From positions 186,001 to 250,000 of the forward strand of contig NEEC01000024.1 of NCBI GenBank assembly GCA_002189035.1: 64,000 nt of DNA, read 5' to 3'. A program made the position numbers and the translations under genes. The notes below the pieces were generated by a model, which was not told where the DNA came from, did not search any database, and worked only from the letters and a program-made list of their open reading frames with translations. This DNA is from Utricularia gibba. Taxonomy: Eukaryota; Plantae; Magnoliophyta. This document shows positions 23,679 to 33,465 of this stretch, piece by piece; positions within the stretch are counted from its first letter, which is position 1, and the number at the start of each line of letters is the position of its first letter.

Positions 23679-24283
23679 TGATGTGACCCTCTAATCTATT
23701 GAGATTAGCAACTCACGAACAAGCGATGATTCTGAAGCTTAGAAAGTAACCTACCCAAGTCTACCCTCAAGAGAATGAATCTCATGCAACCAGACTTCGA
23801 AACAAAGAAAATTAGGAGCCACACTTCAGAAAAAAGAAGGGTTTTGAAGTGATAATTCTAGAACGCCACAAGCTCAAAACTTGATAAGTTAAGAGTGTAC
23901 AAACACTCACAGAGGAGGAGAATCCTCACCACATACATGAAAAATGACTAAAAGTCCTGAAATAGAACATCTCTAGAGTATTTATACTCTAGAATTGGGC
24001 TCTAACATTATATAGCCCAAACTAAATGAAATAGAAAAGTCTAACAAGCCCAATGCTTTATGGTAAATCCACCTTCAACTAGTTGAGCTCTTTTCATGGG
24101 ATGTCTTCAAGCCCATGTTTGATTCCAATGGTATTGAGTAAAGCCTTAAGTGTATCTTCAACAATCTTTATCTTGCTCCTAGTTATTGGTCCTGGTGGAA
24201 TTATCTTTGTTTCTAATGTGTTCACTTGGACAAATTCCTCATCATTCTTCAAATACACTTCATTATCTTCCTGGGGCTCATCA
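23679..24283 (-). repeat. CRM LTR with ACACA TSD (solo-LTR configuration) inside Athila gag
   Basis: TGATGAG...CACATCA termini on minus; ACACA at 23674-23678 and 24284-24288; encodes CR-motif fragment GPITRSKIK. Confidence 0.9.
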
Positions 24284-24401
24284 ACACACACTCTAACCCA
24301 AGCTTGGACGAAAATTTTAGTGATGGTGGAACATTCTTGTCATTCTTATTCTAGAAAGAACATCTACCCCGAAGTAAATTTTGTTAGAGGAAGGTTGATA
24401 T

Positions 24402-27062
24402 CCTTCAGTCCAATGTTAAGTGTTCTTCGAGTGACTAAGATTTCTTCAGAAACAGGCAATTCATCCTCATCACTCAATTCAGCTTCGGTCTCCACCAGAT
24501 CATCCTCATCTTCTTCCTCTTATCACCATTGCTCGTTTATTTGGACATTCAGAAGCAATATGTCCATGCCCCAAACATTTGAAACATTTTATGTTCCTTG
24601 TAGTGCCCTTTGGAGGTGGTATTCGCTCCCATGCTTGGAACTTGATGGGATGTCGAATTTCAGGTTTTCTGTGGATAACTTCCCCTTAATTCTCTCCAGT
24701 AACTCTTGTTGAAATCTCGAGCAAAACTCTTGTTAGAGAGTTGTTTCTCAACTTTTGTGGCCATATGAATCATGTCCTCCATCTCAATGTAGTGATGAAG
24801 CTCCACAATATTTGCAATCTCCTTATTCATCCCATGAAGAAACCTAGCCATAGTTGCTTCCCTATTTTCATGAACATGAGCTCTAATCATTAAGATCTCC
24901 ATTTCCTGCCAATATTCCTCCACTGGCCTTGAGCCCTGCTTGAGATTTTGCAAACGTTGATAAACATCTCTTTGGTAATGGTTTAGAACAAACCGCCTCC
25001 TCATAACTCTTTTCATCTCGGCCCAAGTATGAATTGGTTCTTCAGAGTCAATCCTTCCTTTAGCTACCAATTGATCCCACCAAATTACAGCATAGTCACT
25101 AAATTCCGAGGCCAATCTGATTTTCTTTTCTTCAGAAAAATTGTTGCAATCAAAGACATGTTCTACTCTTGTTTCCCACTGGAGATATGCATCTGGATCA
25201 TTCTTTCCTTGAAATTGAGGTATCTTCATCTTGATGTTGTTAACATCCTTTCCAATTCTTCCTCCATCTCTCCTACCTCCCTGATCTCGAAATCTTCTTG
25301 TATCCCCATGCACAAAATCATTTTCACTATGTTCAATGTAGTCATCTTCTTCATCAGTATTCAGGATTCGATCTCTTCTTCCAACAGTCCTTGCACTTCG
25401 TTGATCACTTACGTCATGTTCAGTGTTGATGCGTTGATGCATTTGACTGCCTCGACCCCTTCCAGCAGCATAATTATCTTGTCTTCGTGCTCTTGCAACA
25501 TTTTGCAAAGAATTTTCGTGTTCATCAAGCCTGACATTTATGTTTTCCAGAATGCGATGCAATCTTGTGAATTCCTGTTGCATAGCTTTCAAAGTGAACT
25601 TCTCATCCGGTGAGTCATCCTTGTCATGCTCACTTCTTGAATTTGACATCCTAAATTGAAGACAAAAGAAATGAGCAGCAAAAGAAAGAAAAGAGTATAA
25701 AGTGAAAGAACAAAGAAACACACACATGGTTTACCATTCAATCCTCAAACTTCAAGTCCTTGATGCACTCCATAACATCATCATGCTTTATCTCATGGCA
25801 CCTTAAGAACTAATCACTTCCGGATTGGTATTGACTATGATATTATGATGGAGTTAGGTGAGGGTGGCAGTGGTAATAATCTCATGATGGACACAAAGGG
25901 AAGTGTTTTTAAATGAAATTGGTTGCTTGTTGGAGTAGATAAATAGGAGGGATGGATAACAAGGTAACAACAAATGAAATCAGAGAATAGAGTACTACAC
26001 ACGAAATGTGCTGCTTGCTAAATTGTAGAAATACAGGAATGGACAATCAACAAAGAGAATAGTCAAATGGAAAGGTGGGGACACATAAATGACAGGGGAT
26101 GGGCATTGAAGATAATTAAAACAACAATAAAGTTGTTGCTTGGTGGAATGGGAAAAGTAGAGAGGTGGGTCACAAAAAAAAACATACACAATAATGGATG
26201 ATAGTGATGGGTGATGGATGTTCACCTTCACACTCCTTATACTCTTACACACTTGAGAATGATATTCAATGTGCTCTTGCTATTCAATTGACACTCAATT
26301 TCGATCTCCTTTTCAATCAACTTTCTGTGAACCCTTTTTTTTTTCTTTTTGCTAAAGCCAAAAGTACTAAGAAGGACTTGCCTTGAACGTTTCTTTTTTT
26401 TTTTTTTTTTGAATAGGCAAGAATGGAAGAACTCAAACCAGAACAGGATAATAATAAGGAGAAGGAACCCAAAGCTCTGATACCAAATGATGTGACCCTC
26501 TAATCTATTGAGATTAGCAACCCATTAACAAGCGATGATTCTGAAGCTTAGAAAGTAACCTACCCAAGTCTACCCTCAAGAGAATGAATCTCATGCAACC
26601 AGACTTCGAAACAAAGAAAATTAGGAAGTGATAATCCTAGAACGCCAAGAGCTCAAAACTTGATAAGTTAAGAGTGTACAAACACTCACAGAGGAGGAGA
26701 ATCCTCACCACATACATGAAAAATGACTAAAAGTCCTGAAATAGAACATCTCTAGAGTATTTATACTCTAGAATTGGGCTCTAACATTATATAGCCCAAA
26801 CTAAATGAAATAGAAAAGTCTAACAAGCCCAATGCTTTATGGTAAATCCACCTTCAACAAGTTGAGCTCTTTTCATGGGATGTCTTCAAGCCCATGTTTG
26901 ATTCCAATGGTATTGAGTAGAGCCTTAAGTGTATCTTCAACCATCTTTGTCTTGCTCCTAGTCATTGGTCCTGGTGGAATCATCTTTGTTTCTAATGTGT
27001 TCACTTGGACAAATTCCTCATCATTCTTCAAATACACTTCATTATCTTCCTGCGGCTCATCA
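24402..27062 (-). mobile_element. CRM-1: 5' LTR (26488-27062), Met PBS, truncated gag
   Basis: PBS TGGTATCAGAGC at 26474-26485; LTR about 98% similar to 23679-24283 plus a ~30-bp deletion; internal region ends before the protease. Confidence 0.9.
24660..25727 (-). CDS. CRM Gag (retrotrans_gag), deleted/frameshifted
   Basis: KMKIPQFQGKNDPDAYLQWE...WWDQL...LKQGSRPVEEY; zinc knuckle CLGHGHIASEC in the adjacent frame (about 24560). Confidence 0.85.
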   Translation of the reverse strand: MCVFLCSFTLYSFLSFAAHFFCLQFRMSNSRSEHDKDDSPDEKFTLKAMQQEFTRLHRILENINVRLDEHENSLQNVARARRQDNYAAGRGRGSQMHQRINTEHDVSDQRSARTVGRRDRILNTDEEDDYIEHSENDFVHGDTRRFRDQGGRRDGGRIGKDVNNIKMKIPQFQGKNDPDAYLQWETRVEHVFDCNNFSEEKKIRLASEFSDYAVIWWDQLVAKGRIDSEEPIHTWAEMKRVMRRRFVLNHYQRDVYQRLQNLKQGSRPVEEYWQEMEILMIRAHVHENREATMARFLHGMNKEIANIVELHHYIEMEDMIHMATKVEKQLSNKSFARDFNKSYWRELRGSYPQKT

Positions 27063-27676
27063 ACACACACTCTAACCCAAGCTTGGACGAAAATTTTAGT
27101 GATGGTGGAACATTCTCGTCATTCTTATTCTAGAAAGAACATCTACCTCGAAGTAAATTTTGTTAGAGGAAGGTTGATATTGTTGATGCAAGAAAAAGAG
27201 AGTCTTGGGAAGTAACAAAAAGGTAATGCTTCTGAGATCACCTTGGATGAAAAACGACTCATGAACAATAATGACCGAAACCCTATTGACACGCATTCTT
27301 AATAGGGTTTATATATACCCAATACCTAGGTTACCCAACAGTGGGCCACAATTATTGAAAACACACAAAAAGCCCAACAACTCGAATCCAACACTTCCAT
27401 GCTCGAACTCAACACCTTTTTAATCTGAAATATAACATTATGACACAAGATTAGTGCTTCCAATCACCTTCAAACTTTGGATTGAGGCTGATCTCCAACA
27501 CTCCCCCCCCAGACAGAGATCTCCCAACTTGAGAAAGTCTTCTATAGTCATGAGATTCATGTTCTTCCTTGCTAGCTCAAACTGAACTCTGTTCAAACCT
27601 TTGGTGAGCCCATCAGCAAGCTGATTCTCACTCTCAACATACTGCACTTTAATCTTCTTCTCCTTGATGTAATTCC

Positions 27677-30331
27677 TTATAACAGGATTCTTATGTGCTT
27701 GGCTTTGCTGAAGTTCGTTGGATCTTTGGCAATGGAGATTGCAGCTCGATTATCCATAAGCAGATGTGTAGCTTCCTTTTGTATGAATCCAAGTTCGTTT
27801 AGCATCTGCCTCAACCAAACACAATAGTTCGAAGCATGTGCTGCTGAGATGTATTCTGCTTCAGCTGTTGATTGTGCTACCACTTTTTGTTTCTTCGAAA
27901 ACCAGACTATAGGGGTCTTATTTAAGAAGAAGAGTGCACCAGATGTGCTCTTGCTATCTTCAGCCATACCATAATCACTATCTGAGTAGGCTCTAAGTTT
28001 CAAGACTGGTTTTTCACCTTCATAGGGATAGAACAATCCGAAATCAGTAGTAGATTTTATGTACCTGAAAGCTCTTTTCACAGCTGCCATGTGAGTTGTT
28101 GTTGGTTTGTTTAGGAAGCGAGATAAGACATTTACACAAAAACACAAGTCAGGCCTTGTATGCTGGAGATAAATGAGGCTTCCAATCATACTTCTATAAG
28201 TAGTGGCATCCACATTCTTTCCCTGATTGTTCTCTCCAATCACTTGTTTGTAATCCAAAGGCGTTTTTGAAGGATTGACATCTTTGAACCCAAACCTTTC
28301 AAGAAGTTCATTACAGTACTTTTTCTGAGATATGAATGTTCCAACACCTTCAAGTTGATGAATTTCCATGCCTAGATAATAGGACATCATTCCAAGGTCA
28401 GTTATCTTGAATTCATTTTTGAGTAGAGCTTTGAATTCCTCAATCTTCCTTTCATTATCTGAGGTAATCATAAGATCATCCACATATAAGTTAATAAATA
28501 AACGATCATCTTCTTTTCCTTTAACATATAATGAGTAATCACTATATGTTTTTCTGAAACCAATACCCTGGAGAAAGTTATCCATGCGTTCATTCCATGC
28601 TCTAGGAGCTTGCTTCAACCCATAGAGAGATTTCTTTAGCTTCAATACCTTGTCTTCATGACCTGACACTTCGAAGCCCTTTGGTTGTTCAACAAAAACA
28701 ACCTCCTCCAACACACCATTCAAGAACGCAGTCTTGACATCCATGTGATGCACTTTCCATCCATGAGCAGCTGAAATGGCAAGAAGTACTTTAATCGTGT
28801 CAAATCTTGCTACTGGTGCAAAAATCTCATGAAAATTTATTCCTTTGATCTGACTATATCCCTTGGCTACTAATCTAGCCTTATATTTGTTGATAGAGCC
28901 ATCTGCATTCATCTTGGTTTTGAATAACCACTTGAGGCCAATAGGTTTGAAACCCCTATCCTTGGGTTTCTCAACTAATTCCCATGTTTCATTTTCAAGT
29001 ATAGAATTCATTTCTTCCTTCATGGCCTCTCTCCATTTAGGATTTTGTACAGCCACTTCAAATGATGTTGGATCTCCTGTCAATAATCCAGCCAAAATAT
29101 CAGCCACAGCATCTTGGACATCATCATTCAACTTGGAGAAACTTATTGTAGGAGCCTTGTTTCTTTTGCTTCTTCTAATGTCAGTAACATGACTATCTTC
29201 ATTATCTATTGAATCTCTGATGTTTTTGCGTTTCCTCCTTTGCCAATCACGATCAGATGGGTAATAATCTTCATCATCAGTATCAGGTTCCTCTCCATTA
29301 GATTCATCTGTTGATGAGTCTTCTACATTCGTGCCTTGCTCCTCTTCTGGGATTTCGAAATTCCCATCTGAAGGTTGATCATTGGCCTGATGAGATCGTC
29401 CATACAGGGGTTCAGAGTTTGATTCTGAATTCTTATTGGGCGAGCCATCTTGATTTGTGACCTTCTCCTCCTCTTGAGCTGGAAAATTCTCATATGAATG
29501 CTGATCATTTACTTGATTTGAATCTTCATGAACGAGTTCTGAAGTTTCTTGGTTTGTTGAATTGATGGAAGAGAAGTTTTGAGGCATGTGTGTCCAGAGG
29601 TCTCCTTTCACATGGGTGCTATGCCTTTCAAGACTTTTATGAGCTTCTGCATCATTCAGAGCAATGCAATCATCAATTAAAGTATACCTTGCACCTTCAT
29701 CAAAAGTGACATCATGGCTGAGGATAAATTTCTTTTGTTGAGGTAGATAAACTTTATATCCCTTGGTAGTGTTGCTATAACCAACAAATACAGCAGATAC
29801 AGATTTCTTTTCAAGTTTTCCTCGTTTTTGGTCTGGTATATGAGTAAAACACAGACTACCAAAGATTTTGAGATGATCAACCTTTTTAATATAACCATGC
29901 CATTTTTCATGGGCGGTTTTTCCACTAATCGCCCTTGAGGGAAGCAAGTTCAACAGATATACAGATGTAGATACCGCTTCAGCCCAGAAACTTACAGGAA
30001 GACCTTTCTCAAACAATAGGCATCTTGACATATCAAGAATTGTTCTGTTTCTCCTTTCACATATACCATTCTGTTGTGCAGAATATGGTACGGTGAATTG
30101 ATGCATGATTCCCTCATTTTCACAGAACATTCTCATGCTATTATTGTAGAATTCGCCTCCATTGTCTGATCTAATCATCTTCAAAGAGCATCCACTCTGA
30201 TTCTCAACCATCACTTTGAATTTTCGAAAGATATGAGGAACTTCTGACTTGCTTTTAAGAAAGTAAACCCAACAATAACGTGAATAATCATCAATGAATG
30301 TAACAAAGTATCTACTCCCCCTAATGAACAT
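27677..30331 (-). CDS. Copia B integrase-RT-RNase H ORF (frameshifted)
   Basis: 884 aa, identical to the copy A ORF except one I/V substitution. Confidence 0.93.
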   Translation of the reverse strand: MFIRGSRYFVTFIDDYSRYCWVYFLKSKSEVPHIFRKFKVMVENQSGCSLKMIRSDNGGEFYNNSMRMFCENEGIMHQFTVPYSAQQNGICERRNRTILDMSRCLLFEKGLPVSFWAEAVSTSVYLLNLLPSRAISGKTAHEKWHGYIKKVDHLKIFGSLCFTHIPDQKRGKLEKKSVSAVFVGYSNTTKGYKVYLPQQKKFILSHDVTFDEGARYTLIDDCIALNDAEAHKSLERHSTHVKGDLWTHMPQNFSSINSTNQETSELVHEDSNQVNDQHSYENFPAQEEEKVTNQDGSPNKNSESNSEPLYGRSHQANDQPSDGNFEIPEEEQGTNVEDSSTDESNGEEPDTDDEDYYPSDRDWQRRKRKNIRDSIDNEDSHVTDIRRSKRNKAPTISFSKLNDDVQDAVADILAGLLTGDPTSFEVAVQNPKWREAMKEEMNSILENETWELVEKPKDRGFKPIGLKWLFKTKMNADGSINKYKARLVAKGYSQIKGINFHEIFAPVARFDTIKVLLAISAAHGWKVHHMDVKTAFLNGVLEEVVFVEQPKGFEVSGHEDKVLKLKKSLYGLKQAPRAWNERMDNFLQGIGFRKTYSDYSLYVKGKEDDRLFINLYVDDLMITSDNERKIEEFKALLKNEFKITDLGMMSYYLGMEIHQLEGVGTFISQKKYCNELLERFGFKDVNPSKTPLDYKQVIGENNQGKNVDATTYRSMIGSLIYLQHTRPDLCFCVNVLSRFLNKPTTTHMAAVKRAFRYIKSTTDFGLFYPYEGEKPVLKLRAYSDSDYGMAEDSKSTSGALFFLNKTPIVWFSKKQKVVAQSTAEAEYISAAHASNYCVWLRQMLNELGFIQKEATHLLMDNRAAISIAKDPTNFSKAKHIRILL

Positions 30332-32115
30332 TCCTTAAATGGTCCACAAACATCTGTATGCACAAGCTCTAATTTCTCCTTTGCTACTGAATCACTGGAA
30401 TAAAAGGGCTTTCTACATTGTTTACCTTGATGACACACTTCACATATGGCATTAGCAAACTTGATGTCTTTCAATTCCAGTACTTCCTTATTCTTCTGCA
30501 ATATTTTCAGATTGCTGAAGCTATAGTGCCCAAAACGTTTGTGCCAAAGGCTGCTTTGATCTTGAAGTGAGAAAATACAACTTTTATGATCACTGACCAT
30601 GATTTGGTAGAGGTTGTAGGTGGTCAACACAGCATGGAATTCAATCTTCGTTTTTGGATCAGCAACCTTAACTGTAGTGGTTATACCACCAGCATCTTTC
30701 ATCAGCTCAATGTCAAAACCTTGCCTGCTCAATTGGCCAAAGCTCAACAGGTTCTGTTTGAGGTTTGGTGAATAATAAACATCATCAACTTGAACAATTC
30801 CTTCTTTTAGCAAGAGTAAAATGCTTCCTTTGCCCACAATGCCAATATTTTCACCAGTGCACGTGCTTACCTCCTTCCCAATCCTTTCAAGCTTGAGAAA
30901 TGACCTTGTATCACAACATACATGATAGGAGGCGCCAGAGTCCAAGTACCAGCCTTTAGTATCTGAGGCTTCTGTCATTAGAGCACACTCATACTCAAAA
31001 GGATCTTCAAAAGATATTTCTGGCTCATCTTCAAAGTAGGTAAAGGATGCATGTGATTTCTCTTCCCTGGAAGTAGCCTTCTTGTTATGCTCAACTTTTA
31101 TTGGATTTGACATTCCACATACCTTGTCAAGATGGCCTCTTTGATTGCATTTCGTGCACAAAGCATCAGGCTTCCACCAACAAAACTCACTCCTGTGATT
31201 CTGTTTATTACAATGCTTGCAAGCATTTGTGCTTAAAGTCCAACAATCTTCACTCTTATGGTTGGATTTTTCACAATGCCTGCACTTCTGATTGCCCATC
31301 GTTGATGTGGGGATTGACGTTCGTGATTGTTTGATGGCTGTTGATTTGACATCCTTGACATTGTTAATTGCACCTGAGTTTATATTCATATTCTGCATTT
31401 TGGTGAGGAGAGCAGCTTCACCATAAGTTTTCTCAACTTCATAACCATCTCTTAGCTCCAATCTCTTTTCTGTAGATTGCAACTCAATCATGAACTCTAT
31501 AAATGTTGGCTCTGGTGTAATAGGATATTCAGGATATAACTCATGGAGCTTTCCTTCAATAATGTCAAGGATTTTTCTTTCTGTCTCAAGTGCACATAAC
31601 TTTGGCTCGAATCTTGCAGGTAGGCTCATGATTGCCTTGCTAATCACCTTTTGATCCTCAAGTTTTTCCCCCAATCCTCGAATCTCCTTCACAAGCTTCA
31701 CAGTACGTTCATAATAGACTTGTATGGTTTCATTGTCTAACATTTTGTTCCTCTCAAAGTCCTCCAGCTTGTTTTTGCATAATATTTCTCTCAGTTTGAC
31801 ATCACCTTCATAATGGGATTTGAGAGTATCCCATATTTCTTTTGCTGATTGACACTCTGCAATATCATCAAATAGATGTTCAGAGATGGCTTGATACAAG
31901 GCATCCATTGCTTCATCTTTTCTCTGTTGAAGATATTCAGCTTCCTCTTGCTGTTCTGATGTGGATTTGCGTGTTATTGTAATCGTCGGAATCTCCCTTT
32001 CAACAACGTCCCAAATCTTTCTGACCCGCAAGTAGCTGCGCATCTTTTTGACCCAGCTTCCATACTTTGAACCATCAAATATTGGAAGTCCTCTACCAAA
32101 TGCCATCATAGCCAC
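30211..32115 (-). CDS. Copia B Gag-protease ORF
   Basis: 634 aa, same translation as copy A ORF 68-1972. Confidence 0.93.
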   Translation of the reverse strand: MAMMAFGRGLPIFDGSKYGSWVKKMRSYLRVRKIWDVVEREIPTITITRKSTSEQQEEAEYLQQRKDEAMDALYQAISEHLFDDIAECQSAKEIWDTLKSHYEGDVKLREILCKNKLEDFERNKMLDNETIQVYYERTVKLVKEIRGLGEKLEDQKVISKAIMSLPARFEPKLCALETERKILDIIEGKLHELYPEYPITPEPTFIEFMIELQSTEKRLELRDGYEVEKTYGEAALLTKMQNMNINSGAINNVKDVKSTAIKQSRTSIPTSTMGNQKCRHCEKSNHKSEDCWTLSTNACKHCNKQNHRSEFCWWKPDALCTKCNQRGHLDKVCGMSNPIKVEHNKKATSREEKSHASFTYFEDEPEISFEDPFEYECALMTEASDTKGWYLDSGASYHVCCDTRSFLKLERIGKEVSTCTGENIGIVGKGSILLLLKEGIVQVDDVYYSPNLKQNLLSFGQLSRQGFDIELMKDAGGITTTVKVADPKTKIEFHAVLTTYNLYQIMVSDHKSCIFSLQDQSSLWHKRFGHYSFSNLKILQKNKEVLELKDIKFANAICEVCHQGKQCRKPFYSSDSVAKEKLELVHTDVCGPFKECSLGGVDTLLHSLMIIHVIVGFTFLKASQKFLISFENSK

Positions 32116-32549
32116 CGCTTGACAAGCTTTGGGTTGATACTTGGTAATCCACTAAGTAAAAAACGCTGAACGTTAAATAAAATACTGAAACGAACACAGG
32201 TTTGAGAACCTTACTGCTCTGATACCATGTTGATACAAGAAAGATAGAGCTTGGAAAGTAACAAGAAGGTAATGATTATGAGATCAACTTGGATGAAAAA
32301 CGACTCATGAACAATAATAATGACCGAAAACCTAATTGACACGCATTCCTAGTAGGGTTTATATATACCCAATACCTAGGTTACCCAACAGTGGGCCACA
32401 ATCATTGAAAACACACAAAAAGCCCAACAACTTGAATCCAACACTTCCATGCTCGAACCCAACACCTTTTTATCTAAAATATGACATTATGATACAAGAT
32501 TAGTGCTTCCAATCACCTTCAAGCTTTGGATTGAGGCTGATCTCCAACA

Positions 32550-33465
32550 TCAAGGAGCCATCAAGAATCTTGAAAAGGAAGTCGGACAATTGGCGACTCG
32601 AGTTGGAGAAATCGAGAACAAATGAGGAAAGCTACCTTCTCAACCTTCAGTGAAATCACAAGTGAATTTTTCAGCAATTGAGTTGAGAATGAAGAAGAAA
32701 TTACTAGAAAGAGAAATGATCCTAACCCCCAAGTCTGGTTAGTGAAGAGCTAGTTCAAGAAACATACACTAGCCAGGGACAATTTGCACAGCCAGCCATT
32801 GAAGGCAAGATCAAGGTAAAGGGAACTCAACCACCATTTCCAGGGAGACTGAGTAACAATCCAACGAAAGCTGTAGTGCAAAGAATTATTTCTACCATGA
32901 ACTCAGCTATGGTGACCATGAAGGTAGTTGATTATTTGAAATAGGTTCCAAAAGCACTTAAAATGTAGAAGGAATTATGTTCTGATTCAAAAGTTACTCT
33001 CATTGGAAGGAAAGACGTGAAGATTAAAGCTAGTCTCACTGCTGTAATTCACATGGAGCTTTCCCCCTATATGTAGAGTTGCAAGTACTTATTATGTTTC
33101 TGCCACAATTAGAGAAAGGGAAATCCCTAGAGCTATGGCTGATCAAGGAGCAGCAATCAACATGATTCCGCTAGATGTCTATGAGTCCCTTGAACTCTAA
33201 CCTTGAGGAAGACTAACACAAGACTGATTCTAGCAACAAGAGTGATTGCAGTTCCAGAAGGAATTGCTAAAGATGTGCCAATGTAGGTGTTAAAAACCTT
33301 ATACCTAGTCGATTTTATAGTGGTGAAGATGCCTCTGACGAAAGCAGATGACAAGGCCGTAATTCTAGGAAGGCCATTCTTAGCCACAGCTGATGTAGAC
33401 ATCATATGTAAGAAGGGAGAAATGACCCCAGGATATGAAGATGATTTTGTGACTTTTAGAGCTAG
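32550..33465 (+). pseudogene. Athila gag C-terminus / aspartic protease remnant
   Basis: IKNLEKEVGQLA; DQGAAINMIP; VDFIVVKM...VILGRPFLAT. Confidence 0.8.

Larger units (their letters stand above)
27181..32549 (-). mobile_element. Ty1/copia copy B, full-length but chimeric (3' LTR 27181-27500, 5' LTR 32228-32549)
   Basis: PBS TGGTATCAGAGC 32216-32227; PPT 27501-27510; internal region more than 99% identical to copy A; flanks GATAT and TCAAG do not match. Confidence 0.95.

Noticed and set aside
24094-24291. Recurrent 65-90 aa ORF DEPQEDNEVYL...GPMTRSK as a possible multicopy small gene
   Set aside because: It is the CRM integrase C-terminus that normally lies within the LTR.
24083-24712. 209-aa plus-strand ORF, with similar ORFs at 26832, 33850 and 41843
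   Set aside because: Antisense to the CRM LTR/CR motif and running across TE junctions; chimeric, no domain.
23679-27062. Intact non-autonomous CRM element with ACACA TSD
   Set aside because: The left LTR is bordered by duplicated host flank rather than a PPT, so the structure is a rearrangement.
5002-27180. A past inversion between copia A and B explaining B's mismatched ends
   Set aside because: B's 5' flank (CTTGA) does not match A's 3' flank (GGGTC), and Athila gag is collinear on both sides of B.
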